DNA of 63,471 nt, filler included, from Octopus bimaculoides (GCF_001194135.2; 8 parts of 6 records of this genome joined end to end with filler, not necessarily neighbours in it), one strand, 5' to 3'; shown: positions 47,865-62,388, numbered from the whole stretch's first letter. Numbers and translations are program-made. The notes: a model not told the origin generated them from the sequence alone.

Positions 47865-49081
47865 TCATTGAACTAAAGGTCACTTAAGTATCTAAGTATC
47901 TGTATTGGTAACGTGATCATGTACAACCTGCTACATCAGCGTGTAGTCGGAGTCTAAACCAACACCTATGCTAGGTGAGAATGCCAGCTAGAAATTCAGT
48001 ATGCCGAAGACTATGGCCTGTTAGAAGGTCATGTGAACACATGACCTGCACATGGTCAAAGGCTATCTAGAAACCCTCAAGTTGATGGAATGAGGAGAAA
48101 AACCACTGGCAGAGTCAGACCGTTGAGTTCTAATTGGAATGTTCACTTGGAGATGGAAAATTCCAAATTCAGTCTTCACTTCATTTGTGGGAAAGACTGT
48201 GTCACATCTTGCCTTTGACATGCTTCCGTTAAAGTGTTAAATAATCATTCTGACTTGTGAGAGTTAAGGACAGGAGAAGGGTAAAGAAAACGACTCTAAC
48301 AGAAGAGTCGAGCTTGAGAAAAAACATCTCAAACGGTTCCTTGTCGAAATTTGCTAAATTTCCGATTCTCTCTCACCTCCAACAATCCTGACTAATGTCT
48401 TGCTACCAGATCCTTCTTGACTTCAGAACCCAAATGAAGCAGGCTTCTACAGTGGACGAGCTATCACGCACGTTTGCAACAATGAAATACCGCCACTTCT
48501 GAAGTTTTCGCAATCGGAAATTGCGCATAGAAGAGAGTAATAGTAATTCTCCAGTCCCCCATACTGCTTATCTAAGTTTTGCGTAGACAAAGTTATAATC
48601 TTCGCCAATCCCCGTTGCACGAATATAATAAATAGTAGTCGTTGTTTTCATGAATGAATGATATTTGAATCTATATAAGAGGGTCAAAAACGAACGAAGA
48701 GGTCACGCTATATATCAGCGAGAAATAATAATTGTCTTTGATCTTCAGAGAAAACGTAAGTTGGGGCGCTAAAATACATGGCAGGAAGTATATGGTAGAG
48801 AGACGCTCATGAACTTAGCAATTCACTTGTCTCAGCGAGAAACTTAATGAGTGAGAGTGCACAACGACACAAAGATGTTAGGTACTAAGACTATGCCGAT
48901 CTGATTCAAACAAATGAGAAGGAAAGAATGGACCTGGAATATGCCACATAAAGACTGAAATATTTACCATGATATGTAAATGTATGTTTGATATATATAT
49001 ATATATATATATGTACGCATATTTATATGCATAATGAATATATGCATGCATACATACTGCATGTATATATATGTGTGTATA

Positions 49082-51274
49082 CAGTGAATCCTCGTTAAAC
49101 CATAGGAAGAGGAATATCCGTTTTAGCCGATTGACTAAGTTAACCGATGTTAGAGGTTAATATATACGTATACCATAATGGAAATTTATGCACAGTTGGT
49201 TGCTTATGATAAATCCTTGCAAAATTAAAGAAACTACTAGAAAACATCCTATAATTATATAAAGCATACTGATATGTATATTTATGAAATTTTTAACACT
49301 ATATGTACAAATTTAAGTTAACACCGTAATTGATAATTTCATTTACCTTTAGTAGATAGCAGATGTGGTGCAAGTGGAAATTGAAGTAAAGGTGATAACT
49401 TTTTATTTGTGAATTAGCAGAACCATGATGCTCTTCTGATCCTTGTATCTCATTTGTAGAAGTCTGAAGTGACGGAAAAGCTATCAGTGAACAGTGGGTT
49501 TGTCATCGATACCATCAGAAGGCCTAACAGCTACAGCGAGGTTGGAGCAAAATGGTTTGAAGATTGAGCTGAGTTTCAGTTTTTACATTGCTGATGTTGC
49601 ATCCAAATAATGAGTTTCCTTCGGACTCTGAGATGCTGATATTGCTGAGCATCAGTTTCTATTGACAAGTACTATATGACGTTGTCAAGGAATTTTCTCT
49701 CGTACAGCTGAGAATTTTTTTTGGGGGGAAATGGTTCCTTGTCTTCACAAGTTTCACAATTCTTTTTTGTTACTAAAGAGAACTTCATCCACAACTACTT
49801 CTCTCAACACTTAGTAACCACAGTTATTTAGTTTTTTATCCCAAATCTTTCAGTTAGGTATGGACGTCGACTTGAATGACATCTGCCTTCTGAAGTATAC
49901 AATGACAATCCTTTGCTTTGACTCCCTGAAAATCATATGCTACATCCACACTGTACAGAAGTTGATTTTTAAATTATTACTTGTACTAGCCTGCAGTGGG
50001 ACCTTTATGATTTGACGGGCAACATTTTTTTATGTAGTGTTTTTGGTACCGAAACACTTTCAAACTTCGTATACTTGTATATTTTGTGGTATAGAACAGA
50101 TAAAAAATTTTGTATTCGAAGTTATTTCACGTTAAAAATTGTCTTATTTCGATAATTTCAACTAATCACTGACGTCTATTCAGTTGAATACAGTTTGTGC
50201 TGTGACGGTGTATATGGTATTAATCCCCGTTAGTTCTGACATTTCCGATTAATTAGACTGTTCGTAAACAAAGGGGAAAAAGCCATCAAAATACTTGAAT
50301 TATTAATGCACCTCCNNNNNNNNNNNNNNNNNNNNNNNNNNNNNNNNNNNNNNNNNNNNNNNNNNNNNNNNNNNNNNNNNNNNNNNNNNNNNNNNNNNNN
50401 NNNNNNNNNNNNNNNNNNNNNNNNNNNNNNNNNNNNNNNNNNNNNNNNNNNCACACACAGATACGCACAGTGTAATTTATTATATAAACAATATATGTGT
50501 ATAAATTACGATTAAACCGGATGAAATATGTCACAGGGAATAACACACTTAACACCGACTGTTTACAAAAGAGCACTGACTGTATTCAGCTGAATAGACG
50601 TCAGTGATTGGTTGAAATTACAGAAATACGATAACTTTAACATGAAATAACTTGCGATGTACAATTTTTTGTTAAGAAGGCTAAGAGAAAAAGTTGTTTT
50701 GTATGACACATTCTACCAGTGTCCCAAGTTTGAAAGTGTTTCGTTAAGAAAACAAGTGTTGGCCGTCAAATCACAAAGATCCCTGCAGTGTTTTCCATAA
50801 AACTTCCATGAATATTGAAGTTGTAATTCTTGATGTTTGCTCTCGAGTATCTTCACTGAGGTTGTACACTTTCATTACCAAATATCTTTGTTGGTGTACA
50901 TACCAAGGACACTGTTACCACAGCATCGTTGAGAATAAGCTATTTCATCATAGCTTCCTCAAAATTTGTATCTTTTGCAGCTCTCATACGTTCTTTTGCA
51001 CTAACTGATTGTGATTTAAAATTTACATAAAAATTATATTTGGGAGAAAAAGAAAGGAAAAAGACACTGAGTTTGTCTTTAATCTTGCGCATATTCGAAA
51101 CTGTTTTTTAGTATTACAATCTCTGCAAACTCAGCTGCCGAAACACCAGCCTGTTCTTTATAAGTTGTAGTTTCTAGTTCACAAATTGTTACTCACCATT
51201 GAAACCACGATGTGAAATACAAGGCTAAAAGATATATATAGAATATTAACGAACATTGCCGGTAACATCAACTG
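49082..51274 (-). mobile_element. pogo/Tigger transposase fossil interrupted by a MITE
   Basis: TA|CAGTGAATCCTCG end; ATG at 51199, then GVSAAEFAE, TVSNMRKIKDKL, KERMRAAKDTNFEEAMMK (psq/CENP-B HTH-like); heavily decayed, right end uncertain. Confidence 0.55.
49999..50782. mobile_element. Second Merlin-like foldback MITE, perfect 8-bp TSD
   Basis: Termini GGACCTTT / AAAGATCC; CTGCAGTG at 49991-49998 and 50783-50790; arms homologous to the 13307 element. Confidence 0.85.
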
Positions 51275-51803
51275 TATTGCGTTTGTTTGTTTTGTTATGG
51301 TGCGCACTGCGCTACCGCGCTGAATTTACAATATGTTGCTAAAATTAAGGTTTAGGTTACTTCAGCTTGACTTAAACCTTCTTTCTGAGTGTATATTAAT
51401 AGATTTGGAGACAAATTACAGTCAGATTATATCAAGATACTACAAGAAAAACAAATCATAAAAAAAATTAGTTTCAGTTAATAAGATTCCAATGAATTAA
51501 TGCATACAACTTCTCACTTCAAAAATCATATAATAAACAAAAGACTAAATATAGATAAAAAGAAGCAGGGAGTGGAGAGGTGAATGGCGGAGAGTTCGGA
51601 ATACTATAAAGAAAGAGTATATTACTTAGAGAGAAGTGTAAAAGCAATAATAGGATGTGCACAGATGAAACTCCGCACATCTTTGGGGATTACTTTTGTC
51701 ACTCTCTCATGATCATGTCATTCACCCGATTACATGGCGCAATAGAGTTTATTGTGGAGTGTGTGGTGCTATCTTAGAAGAATTGCCATATTTCACAAAA
51801 GAA

Positions 51804-52025
51804 AGGTGACAAGCTGGCAGAATCGTAACCACGCCGGGCGAAATGCTTAGCGGTATTTCGTCTGTCTTTACGTTCTGATTTCAAATTCCGCCAAGGTCGA
51901 CTTTGTCTTTCATCCTTTCGGGGTCGATAAACTAAGTACTAGTTGCGTACTGGGAACGATCCAATCGACTGGCCCCCTCCCCCCCAAAAAAATTCGGGCC
52001 TTGTACCTAGAGTAGAAAAGAATAT
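51804..52025 (+). mobile_element. SINE family A, full length
   Basis: gctggcagaatcgt...gtcgactttgtctttcatcctttcggggtcgataaa...cctagagtagaaaagaat. Confidence 0.9.
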
Positions 52026-53181
52026 TGAATTTATTCCGTTGAGGTCGACTTTGTCTTTTCTCCTTTNNNNNNNNNNNNNNNNNNNNNNNNNNNNNNNNNN
52101 NNNNNNNNNNTTAATTAATTAANNNNNNNNNNNNNNNNNNNNNNNNNNNNNNNNNNNNNNNNNNNNATATATAGATATATACACCCATATATATATATAT
52201 ATATATATACACCCAGCCATCCACACACTCATACACACACATACATACATATATATATATATATATGCATATATATATATGCATATATATATTTGCGCAT
52301 GTGTGTGTGTATGATCACATATATATGTAATATAAAGTAGATTTATACAAGGAATTTTGCATCATAATCTAAAATCGCAATGGCAATATTGAGAGCCACA
52401 ATGGAAAAAGTGAAAGCTGCAGCAATATTAGCACCAACAGTAATTAGCACCAACAGTAATTAGTACCAGCAGCAGCAGCAGTAGCATTATCAAAAGCATC
52501 TTCGGCAACGAAATTCATCATATTAAAAACAACGCCATCTCCCATCCCCCAACAATAATAATTATAATAATAATGATAATGAAGTATGATAATAATAATG
52601 GGAAGGATCTCAATTATTAAATAAGTCGAACTCATGGAAGAGTTGTTTTCGTTTCAACACACAGTTGGTTATTAATTAAACAATAGTAACAATAACAGCG
52701 GTATTTGGAACAGCAACAAGAACGGTACAACTAATTCGCTTGTGTGCTTGAGTTTATATGCCTGTATATCTGTGTTGTGTGAGTGTGTATATACGTGTTA
52801 ATGTTTGTATGAACAATTAGATTCAGATTTGTGTTACTAAGCGTATCACAGAGTAAAAAACAGATCTGATCGTTCGGATTCTTTAATACTGACTAGTGAG
52901 ACGGTCAGTGTTTTGATATACGACCGACTATCATTGGTTGATAAATGAGGTTCGACTGTAATATCGTTAGACATGAATCACAGTTGGATACGTTGAACAT
53001 AGAATTTGAAGAATTTTAAACTGAGCCGCAGTGATTTCTGTCTTTATATGTTATGTCCCATTTTTATTCCGAGCAGTGATGTTTCATTACAAGCTGTTGA
53101 TAGTGATGTCTTCATTTAGTGTTACAAATTGTTTATTTCCAACACTCATTTATTCTAATATTTATGTTATGGAATAAACAG

Positions 53182-53782
53182 TAGGAGTGGCTGTGTGGTA
53201 AGTAGCTTGTTTACCAACCACATGGTTCCAGGTTCAGTCCCAGTGCGTGGCACCTTGGGCAAGTGTCTTCTATTAAAGCCTCGAGCCGACCAAAGCCTTG
53301 TGAGTGGATTTGGTAGACGGAAACTGAAAGAAGCCCGTCGTATATATGTACATATATATATATATATGTATATGTGTTTGTGTGTCTGTGTTTGTCCCCC
53401 CCAACCATCGCTTGACAACCGATAGTGGTGTGTTTACGTCCCCGTNNNNNNNNNNCTTGGGCAAGTGTCTTCTATTAAAGCCTCGAGCCGACCAAAGCCT
53501 TGTGAGTGGATTTGGTAGACGGAAACTGAAAGAAGCCCGTCGTATATATGTACATATATATATATATATGTATATGTGTTTGTGTGTCTGTGTTTGTCCC
53601 CCCCAACCATCGCTTGACAACCGATAGTGGTGTGTTTACGTCCCCGTAACTTAGCGGTTCGGCAAAAGAGAACGATAGAATAAGTATTAGGCTTCCAAAG
53701 AATAAGTCCCGGGGTCGATTTGCTCGACTAAAGGCGGTGCTCCAGCATGGCCGCAGTCAAATGACTGAAACAAGTAAAAGAG
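53182..53782 (+). mobile_element. Full-length SINE family C (contains an assembly-duplicated segment)
   Basis: tRNA-like head, internal TA/TG tract, 3' module; TAAACAG on both flanks. Confidence 0.9.
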
Positions 53783-54305
53783 TAAACAGCACAAGAGGAG
53801 TTACGTGGGATGGAGTATAGCTTTTACATTATATATTTTGTACAGTTGATCGGGTTGAGGCTGTATGAAACATATTACGAAACATTTTATATATCTTAGG
53901 TGATAGATTTAATGTTCTGCGGTAAATTTACTTTTCAATGGCAGGCTTAATCTTCGTTGGTAGGCTTAAATCATGACCTCATTTAAATCCATCACTTGGT
54001 TCTTGGTAGATAATAAATGTGGAAAATGCAACTTGCAAATTTCTTAACACGGATCCGGGATTCGTTGCATATTCATGTTCAGATTCATGCTAAATGGAGG
54101 TGTATATTCATATTCCATTCATATTTCCATAAAAAAAATTCAAAGAATTAATGTACAGTGGAAGATGCTCCATTTGTGACCATGCTGTTTATTTTCATCC
54201 AGATATAGTACACTTAGGACGATATTGTCCTAATATGTAATTTGAAGTTTTGATATTATTTCTGTCAGATCGATTACACATGAATACGCATGAAGAATCA
54301 CTAGA

Positions 54306-54343
<38 letters not shown>

Positions 54344-54929
54344 ATGCGTGTATGCATGTGCGTGTGCGTACGCGCGTGTATCTATAGGTGTATATATATA
54401 TATATATANNNNNNNNNNNNNNNNNNNNNNNNNNNNNNNNNNNNNNNNNNNNNNNNNNNNNNNNNNNNNNNNNNNNNNNNNNNNNNNNNNNNNNNNNNNN
54501 NNNNNNNNNNNNNNNNNNNNNNNNNNNNNNNNNNNNNNNNNNNNNNNNNNNNNNNNNNNNNNNNNNNNNNNNNNNNNNNNNNNNNNNNNNNNNNNNNNNN
54601 NNNNNNNNNNNNNNNNNNNNNNNNNNNNNNNNNNNNNNNNNNNNNNNNNNNNNNNNNNNNNNNNNNNNNNNNNNNNNNNNNNNNNNNNNNNNNNNNNNNN
54701 NNNNNNNNNNNNNNNNNNNNNNNNNNNNNNNNNNNNNNNNNTATATATATGTGTGTGTGTTAAATGATAGAGACAGAAAATGAAATATACGAGAAACTTT
54801 ACTGCTCGCCATCGTCATTTCGGCGAATTTTGCATCGATCCATCGCTATTATTGTATTAAAACCGTATATGACATCAGGCAGGCATAGACAGGATTTTAA
54901 TTTCATTTGTTACATACTTTGCTATAACT

Positions 54930-55804
54930 GATATGGAGAAATGCAACAGCAACACGAGCTACCCTGTGGTGAGATGGTACCAACTGCCAATGATCTCAAG
55001 ATGCACGCGTTTCCAAACACTGCAAAAAAATTCAGCAACAGTCAACAGCTATGTGGGCGAGCCCTCTTCGCTACATGTAATGATGCTATCGACAAAATAC
55101 TGAGCGGCATTTCTTCCGGCTCTTTGCATTCTGCAGCTGTTGCCAGGACAAGAACAGTTTTTGAAATCCCTCGACACTGTCATTGATCAGGACCAAGCAG
55201 TCTGAGTTCCTTAACTGAGCTCCTTAACTCTCTACAGCCATCTGGGATGCGACCACGCAACTTAACACTTAGAAAGGCGGCTCCAGTCATGCTGCTCAGG
55301 AATGTAGATCCACCTCGCCTAGTGATGAAAGCGATGTAATCCCATATCCTACAAGCAGCAATTATCACAGGGAAAATATAAGAGTGATGACGTCTTCATG
55401 CCACAGATCCTGTTAATCCCATCTGACTACCCATTTCAATTTAAACGGCTCCAGTTCCCAGTGAAACTAACTTTTGCTATGTCGATAAACAAATCTCAAG
55501 GAAAATCTCTCAAGGTTGTTGGACTTAACCTTGCTTCTCCTTGCTTCTCTCATGCGCAATTATATGTAGGATATTTGCAAGATAGATGGAAGTCCCAACT
55601 CCTTATATTTGTACCCCAATTAAAGGACACATTGAAAACATCGTATATTTAGAAGTTCATTGATTTCAGCATTTGCTTGAATAATTGTCTGTACTTATGT
55701 CATCTGATAGAATTTTTCTGAAAATATATATTCTATCAGAATAAATATATTTATTTCCTTTAACATTCTTTAAACTTTCGAGCAAAGCCAGATACTTAAA
55801 CTAG
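54930..55804 (+). mobile_element. Helitron 3' fragment (PIF1-like helicase C-terminus)
   Basis: LNSLQPSGM.P.NLTLRK.APVMLLRN; FKRLQFPVKLTFAMSINKSQGKSLKVVGLNL..PCFSHAQLYV; terminal CTAG|T at 55801-55805. Confidence 0.9.
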
Positions 55805-55996
55805 TCCAATATAAAAAGCCCAGCTAAATCTCATGTCAACTGTCATACGTACCCATCGGTACATCAAACAGATTGTCTGGTGTGATTTTCGTCACCCAAG
55901 TTCAATCCTTCTTAAAAAAGGAGTTTTACTTTCATGGATGGAAACTGTTTGTTATGCATAAAGTATTTATAGGCATATAAATACCAAGATATACAA

Positions 55997-56057
<61 letters not shown>

Positions 56058-56189
56058 AGCATACATATGTATATACATACATATATATATATATATAAAC
56101 ATATGTGCATATATATATTAAAAGAAAATGTAAGAGTAATATATTTATTGGTTCAATAAACAATTAGAGAATCCATATAACAATGCTTT

Positions 56190-56239
<50 letters not shown>

Positions 56240-56643
56240 NNNNNNNNNNNNNNNNNNNNNNNNNNNNNNNNNNNNNNNNNNNNTTAATTAATTAANNNNN
56301 NNNNNNNNNNNNNNNNNNNNNNNNNNNNNNNNNNNNNNNTATATATATGCATATACACATATGTATATGTATATATGTATGTGCATATGTATACATTTAT
56401 AAATACACATATGTATTTATATATCTATATCGTACATGTATATAGTTTTCGTGTATTGAGTTTTCTTAACAAAATGTTTTGTATGGATATATGTATACAC
56501 ACACACACACTCACACACATATACACACACATGCATATATATATATATATGTGTGCTTGTGCGTATGATAATACTTTTGTTTGTTCATGTGCGAGAGTTT
56601 GAGTATGTGTGTTTGTGTGTTTGTATGTGTGTGCGTGCGTGTG

Positions 56644-56678
<35 letters not shown>

Positions 56679-57433
56679 GCGTTTCTAATACTATATAAGC
56701 TATAAAAAAAAAAATCAAATCAGGCCATGTTTCCATTCTTTATCTGATTTTGGTATGTTATTTCGAATCCACATATATTTATATTCCTTAGCTTGAGAAT
56801 AATATAATTTGTAAAGTTTAGTTTTCATGAGGTAAGAAATATTATTATATATGTATATATGCATGTACGTGTGTGAGCCTATGTTTGTATGTGAATGTCT
56901 GTGTATCACTTTTCTACGAAGGACTTTGTTAGGTTCATTTCCTACCTGGTTTTCCATTCTAGAATTGGTCATAGCAGTACGAATGTAAAAAATAATTTAA
57001 ATTGAAACTTTGTTACGTAACAGTGACGGGAATCGGATGAAATATAGGAAAGCATTTGGTCAATATACTGGATGTTACATCGATTCTATTCCTTCTATCA
57101 CATACTACGATGTTAGAAAATATAACTAATAATGGATGACATTCTTCTGGGTGTCCTGTTTCATAAAGCAGCTAATATTAATGAAAACATGCTTTTGCAT
57201 GTGGTATACTTAATCCAATATAACGCGATTTTTCACGAAATATCAATATATTTGTGTTACGTTAAGTTTAATAATTATTCTTTCTAATTTTGTCACAATA
57301 GACCAGCACATTTCAAAGGAACATCAATGCAGATCTCTTGCATCAACTACGTAATATTTAACTGCTAGATGATTTATCTACCCTAAAGGGATGAAAAACA
57401 AAGCCGATTTGATTTGAATTAAGAACATAAACA

Positions 57434-58220
57434 AGAGTGGCTGTGTGGTAAGTAGCTTGCCTAACAACCACATGGTTTCGGGTTCAGTTGCACCCCGTAG
57501 CACCTTCGGCAAGTGTCTTCTACTATAGCCTCGGGTCGACCGAAGCCTTGTGAGAGGATTTGGTAGACGGAAACTGATAGAAGCCCATCATATATATATA
57601 CGTATATATATATATATATATNNNNNNNNNNNNNNNNNNNNNNNNNNNNNNNNNNNNNNNNNNNNNNNNNNNNNNNNNNNNNNNNNNNNNNNNNNNNNNN
57701 NNNNNNNNNNNNNNNNNNNNNNNNNNNNNNNNNNNNNNNNNNNNNNNNNNNNNNNNNNNNNNNNNNNNNNNNNNNNNNNNNNNNNNNNNNNNNNNNNNNN
57801 NNNNNNNNNNNNNNNNNNNNNNNNNNNNNNNNNNNNNNNNNNNNNNNNNNNNNNNNNNNNNNNNNNNNNNNNNNNNNNNNNNNNNNNNNNNNNNNNNNNN
57901 NNNNNNNNNNNNNNNNNNNNNNNNNNNNNNNNNNNNNNNNNNNNNNNNNNNNNNNNNNNNNNNNNNNNNNNNNNNNNNNNNNNNNNNNNNTATATATATA
58001 TGTGTGTGTGTGTGTGTGTGAGTGTATGTGTTCGTGTCTGTTCCCCTCCCAACATCGCTTGACAACCGATGCTGGTGTGTTTACGTCCCCGTAACTTAGC
58101 GGTTCGGCGGAAGAGACCGATAGAATAAGTACTAGGCTTACAAAAAATAAGTTCTAGGGTCAATTCCATCGACTAAAGGTGGTGCTCAAGCATGGCCGCA
58201 GTCAAATGACTGAAACAATA
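57434..58220 (+). mobile_element. SINE family C with gapped internal microsatellite
   Basis: Same 5' and 3' modules as 53182. Confidence 0.9.
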
Positions 58221-58329
58221 AATAAAAAAAACGGAAAATATCCTACTAATTGCCACATCCGATCCGCTAACGATATATGTCATATACTGCGGCATTCGCC
58301 TTGAGAGATCTGTTCATATTGACATATAG

Positions 58330-58760
58330 TAAAAAGAGCACATACATGTATCATAGCTGAGAGAGATGATTTCATCCCCAATATTTAGGATTTTATCTGT
58401 TGACTGTTTAATATCTAATTTTTCAGGGATACAGATTTCACATTTCATACCACATCCTCTGTATTTTGTGGCTTCAGCAATAATGTTCCAGTTCATCTAA
58501 GGGTTATATATTCCAGATTCTGTCAATGGCCATACCATATTGGATAGTGATGATGCATGTTTTTTTTTTTTATTTTAGTTTTATCTTTGAATAATGTCAG
58601 GTATTATGTGTACCTTTCCGTGAACCAGTTGCCGCCATCCCGATATATATATTTGGTACTCCGTTGGGATCCATGTTGTTAGCCTTGTTTACAATTTCTT
58701 TTTCCAAACAGATGTTTAGAGGATAGTGGTTTGGTAATCTGAAGTTGCACTGTCTTTCGA

Positions 58761-58770
<10 letters not shown>
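58330..58770 (-). mobile_element. Penelope-like GIY-YIG endonuclease fragment
   Basis: Minus CNFR...PLNICLEKEIVNKA...IYIG, then WNII...Y...CEICIPEKLDI...ILN..DEIIS. Confidence 0.75.
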
Positions 58771-58796
<26 letters not shown>

Positions 58797-59382
58797 TCTA
58801 TCTATCNNNNNNNNNNTATACACCACGTTGTGGTGGTGAAATTATGAATAAGAACACGTCTTCCCTGGTCTAGCTACAACGAAGAGAAATAAAGAAATAT
58901 GGCCGATGATCATGTGGGAACCACATGAGCAAGGGAGGAGGAGTGAGGGAGAGAGAGTGACAGATTAATGGATAGAATAGTAGGAGAAGAGGAGTTAAAA
59001 GAATAAGGGATTGAAACGCGAATGAGTAAAAATATGGTATAGAATGCGCATCAGAATAATTAAGATGGCGTTCAACCATTTAATAATATACATAATACAT
59101 ATCTATATGTATATATACATACGTATATGTACATACTGAGAACTATTCGTACATATACATACATATATATGTATATATATGTATATATACATACATACCA
59201 CAAAATGTACGAAGCACAAGTACATGGAACATGAACTATTTTTTCGAACAACGTAAGGCACGGATGGAAAACAAAATAAGCAACCTAAAGAACGACCCTT
59301 CATCACTTGTCGGCTGTCTTTTTAGTCTCGCATTTCGAACATATAACAACAATATATGCTTTCGATAAAACAGTTGCTCCCG

Positions 59383-59420
<38 letters not shown>

Positions 59421-59551
59421 TATATATATATATATATNNNNNNNNNNNNNNNNNNNNNNNNNNNNNNNNNNNNNNNNNNNNTTAATTAATTAANNNNNNN
59501 NNNNNNNNNNNNNNNNNNNNNNNNNNNNNNNNNNNNNATATATATATATAT

Positions 59552-59584
<33 letters not shown>

Positions 59585-59877
59585 CATACATATATATACA
59601 TATGTATACATATATACACATATATACATATGTATATATATGCATGCATACATACATATACATATAGATGCATACATCGGCACACACGTATATGTATGTG
59701 TGGATGTTTGTTTGTGTGTGTGTGTGTGTGTGTTAGTGTGTGCGCATGGCGGGTGGAGGGAGAAATGTGAAAACGTTACGTGCTTACGTACATTTGTACA
59801 AAAACCCATAGAATATGATACATTACAACCAGACGTATATAATTTTGGGGAGAAAAAAATGAGACGTGTAAAATGAA

Positions 59878-59879
59878 GT

Positions 59880-59925
<46 letters not shown>

Positions 59926-60201
59926 AGAAGAAGAAGAAGAAGAAAAGAAGAAGAAGAAGAAGAAGAAGAAGAAGAAGAAGAAGAAGAAGAAGAAGAAGAA
60001 GAAGAAGAAGGATGAGAAGAAGAAGAAGAAGAAGAAGAAGAAGAAGAAGAAGAAGAAGAAGAAGAAGAAGAAAAGAAGAAGAAGAAGAAGAAGAAGAAGA
60101 AGAAGAAGAAGAAGAAGAAGAAGAAGAAGAAGAAGAAGGATGAGAAGAAGAAGAAGAAGAAGAAGAAGAAGAAGAAGAAGAAGAAGAAGAAGAAGAAGAA
60201 G
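59878..60201 (+). repeat. (GAA)n microsatellite
   Basis: Direct reading. Confidence 0.97.
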
Positions 60202-60619
60202 ACTCGAGACTTCTTAACACCTTGATATAAAAACACGAAGAAAATGCAAACACAAACGCAAACACGTACATACATTATACGCACATACATATTTACATAC
60301 ATACTTGTGTACATGAATATATATGTATATATATATGTGTGTATATTTTCACACCTGCGCGAACGCGTGTGTGCCTATAAAAACATAACTACATGCATAT
60401 ATGCATCTGTGCACACATACTCACATACAGGTAAGCATCTATCCGTGTATGTATGCATACATATGTTCATACCTACCTATCTAGTAACCAACCAGCCAAC
60501 CAGCACCCCACACACATATAAAATCAGGGACAGTTAGAATTCTAGCTAGAATTAATTACTAGCCTAATAGCCTTGGCTATGTCACTATGTTTTTTTTTAT
60601 GTATTCTTCTTCCCCACTT

Positions 60620-60822
60620 AGATTGTTTAAATGTTGTCACAACAGTAAATATGTCCATTCTGCAGAAATGAAATTTTCAGTCAATTTTCTGTATCCTTGT
60701 GTAGCTGAAGATTGCTCTGCATTTTACATTTAATGTAATGCTCGCATTACTTAAATAAATGGAGTTGCATGAAACGTGCGTACTGCAATGCCCTTGAAAA
60801 TCCGTGTTGCTTTTTTGGATTA
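60620..60822 (+). repeat. Unclassified dispersed repeat ending in (TA)n, copy 2
   Basis: Homologous to 46990-47206. Confidence 0.85.
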
Positions 60823-61237
60823 TATATANNNNNNNNNNNNNNNNNNNNNNNNNNNNNNNNNNNNNNNNNNNNNNNNNNNNNNNNNNNNNNNNNNNNNNNN
60901 NNNNNNNNNNNNNNNNNNNNNNNNNNNNNNNNNNNNNNNNNNNNNNNNNNNNNNNNNNNNNNNNNNNNNNNNNNNNNNNNNNNNNNNNNNNNNNNNNNNN
61001 NTATATATATATATGCGATTAGGATTTCACTCCTTCATTGCTTTTTCCTCCAGTAGAGTTTGGTTTGTCAGAGATTCGGCAGACATTTCTTGGAAGACGA
61101 GTGAATACGAGAGAATCCCTTCCAATCTTTGGTTCCCTCTGATACACATTTCGAGAATATATTAGTATTTTCATATTTTTCATACTTGTGTATTATTTCT
61201 TCGTATGCATGCAACTGCACGCACTGTTGTTTGCAAG

Positions 61238-61376
<139 letters not shown>

Positions 61377-61474
61377 CATCAAGCTTATTCACTCTAAGGG
61401 TGTGTTCATTTCTTTGTCTGCACGAAGCGATCTTTCCTTGCAGATATAGTGAGTCACAGAAAATGCCAAAATGT

Positions 61475-61509
<35 letters not shown>

Positions 61510-61719
61510 AAAAAGACAACAACAAAAGCGTTACCAATTGCAGAGAGCAACGAAGAAGATAAAGAGCAAAAGTGGAAAAGCTAATCGCATGAAAGCAAGT
61601 GGACAGCACGGAATTAACTAACTGTACACAATGTGCACTATTAACTGGACAGTGGATAGCGGACAGAGGAAAGAGGAGAGATGCGATGGACGAGGCGAAA
61701 TAAAGGGAGGTTGTAAAAT

Positions 61720-61792
61720 GGGTGTGGTGAAGCACAAATAGATTGACCGCGCCAATTATTACAGTGAATTTTGACGTCAGAACTGTGACGTG
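61720..61792. promoter_or_regulatory. Candidate regulatory cluster (CACCC, CCAAT, CRE, CRE-like)
   Basis: GGGTGTGG ~61720, CCAAT 61752-61756, TGACGTCA 61772-61779, GTGACGTG 61785-61792. Confidence 0.3.
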
Positions 61793-62344
61793 TTAATAGC
61801 CTTAGTGAAAGTGGCAAGGCAGATATATTTGGCCTGCCCATTGTCCGTGGTGTTTTTGCTATATCTGTCCACTATAATTTGTGCGTGTACTCTGGATGTA
61901 AAGTGATATTTAAAGGTTCTTGGCTTGCTATAGAAGCTAAAACGTGCTATTTGTAACAACGTTCTCATTTTGATGGGCACAGGAGCGGTTATGATGTCAA
62001 AACCGACATTACATACGCCACGTCCCTTGATCATGTCACAACTTAAAGGGAACAAGTAACGAAATATTATCAGGGCTGAATCCATCTGATTAATACGACG
62101 ATCTACACACACGCGCGTACGCATGTTTACATGTAAAACACACACATGTATTTATATGTGTCTGCGTATATATATATATATATATAAACATGTAGGCACG
62201 TCACGTATAAATGTACGTCATGTTTACAAATATATATATATATANNNNNNNNNNNNNNNNNNNNNNNNNNNNNNNNNNNNNNNNNNNNTTAATTAATTAA
62301 NNNNNNNNNNNNNNNNNNNNNNNNNNNNNNNNNNNNNNNNNNNN

Positions 62345-62388
<44 letters not shown>

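Noticed and set aside
51190-51199. ATG|GTGAGT as a host gene's start-codon exon
   Set aside because: Downstream sequence reads as a pogo HTH region, so it is more likely the transposase start.
53254-53647. Exact 192-bp tandem duplication
   Set aside because: Identical copies separated by a 10-N gap: unmerged contig overlap.
59290-59380. Possible type-II hammerhead on the minus strand
   Set aside because: A GAAA-stem-UC segment exists, but the core reads GTGATGA and stems I and II do not pair.
61777-62145. 122-aa minus ORF
   Set aside because: It starts in a dinucleotide tract and has no recognisable domain or splice support.
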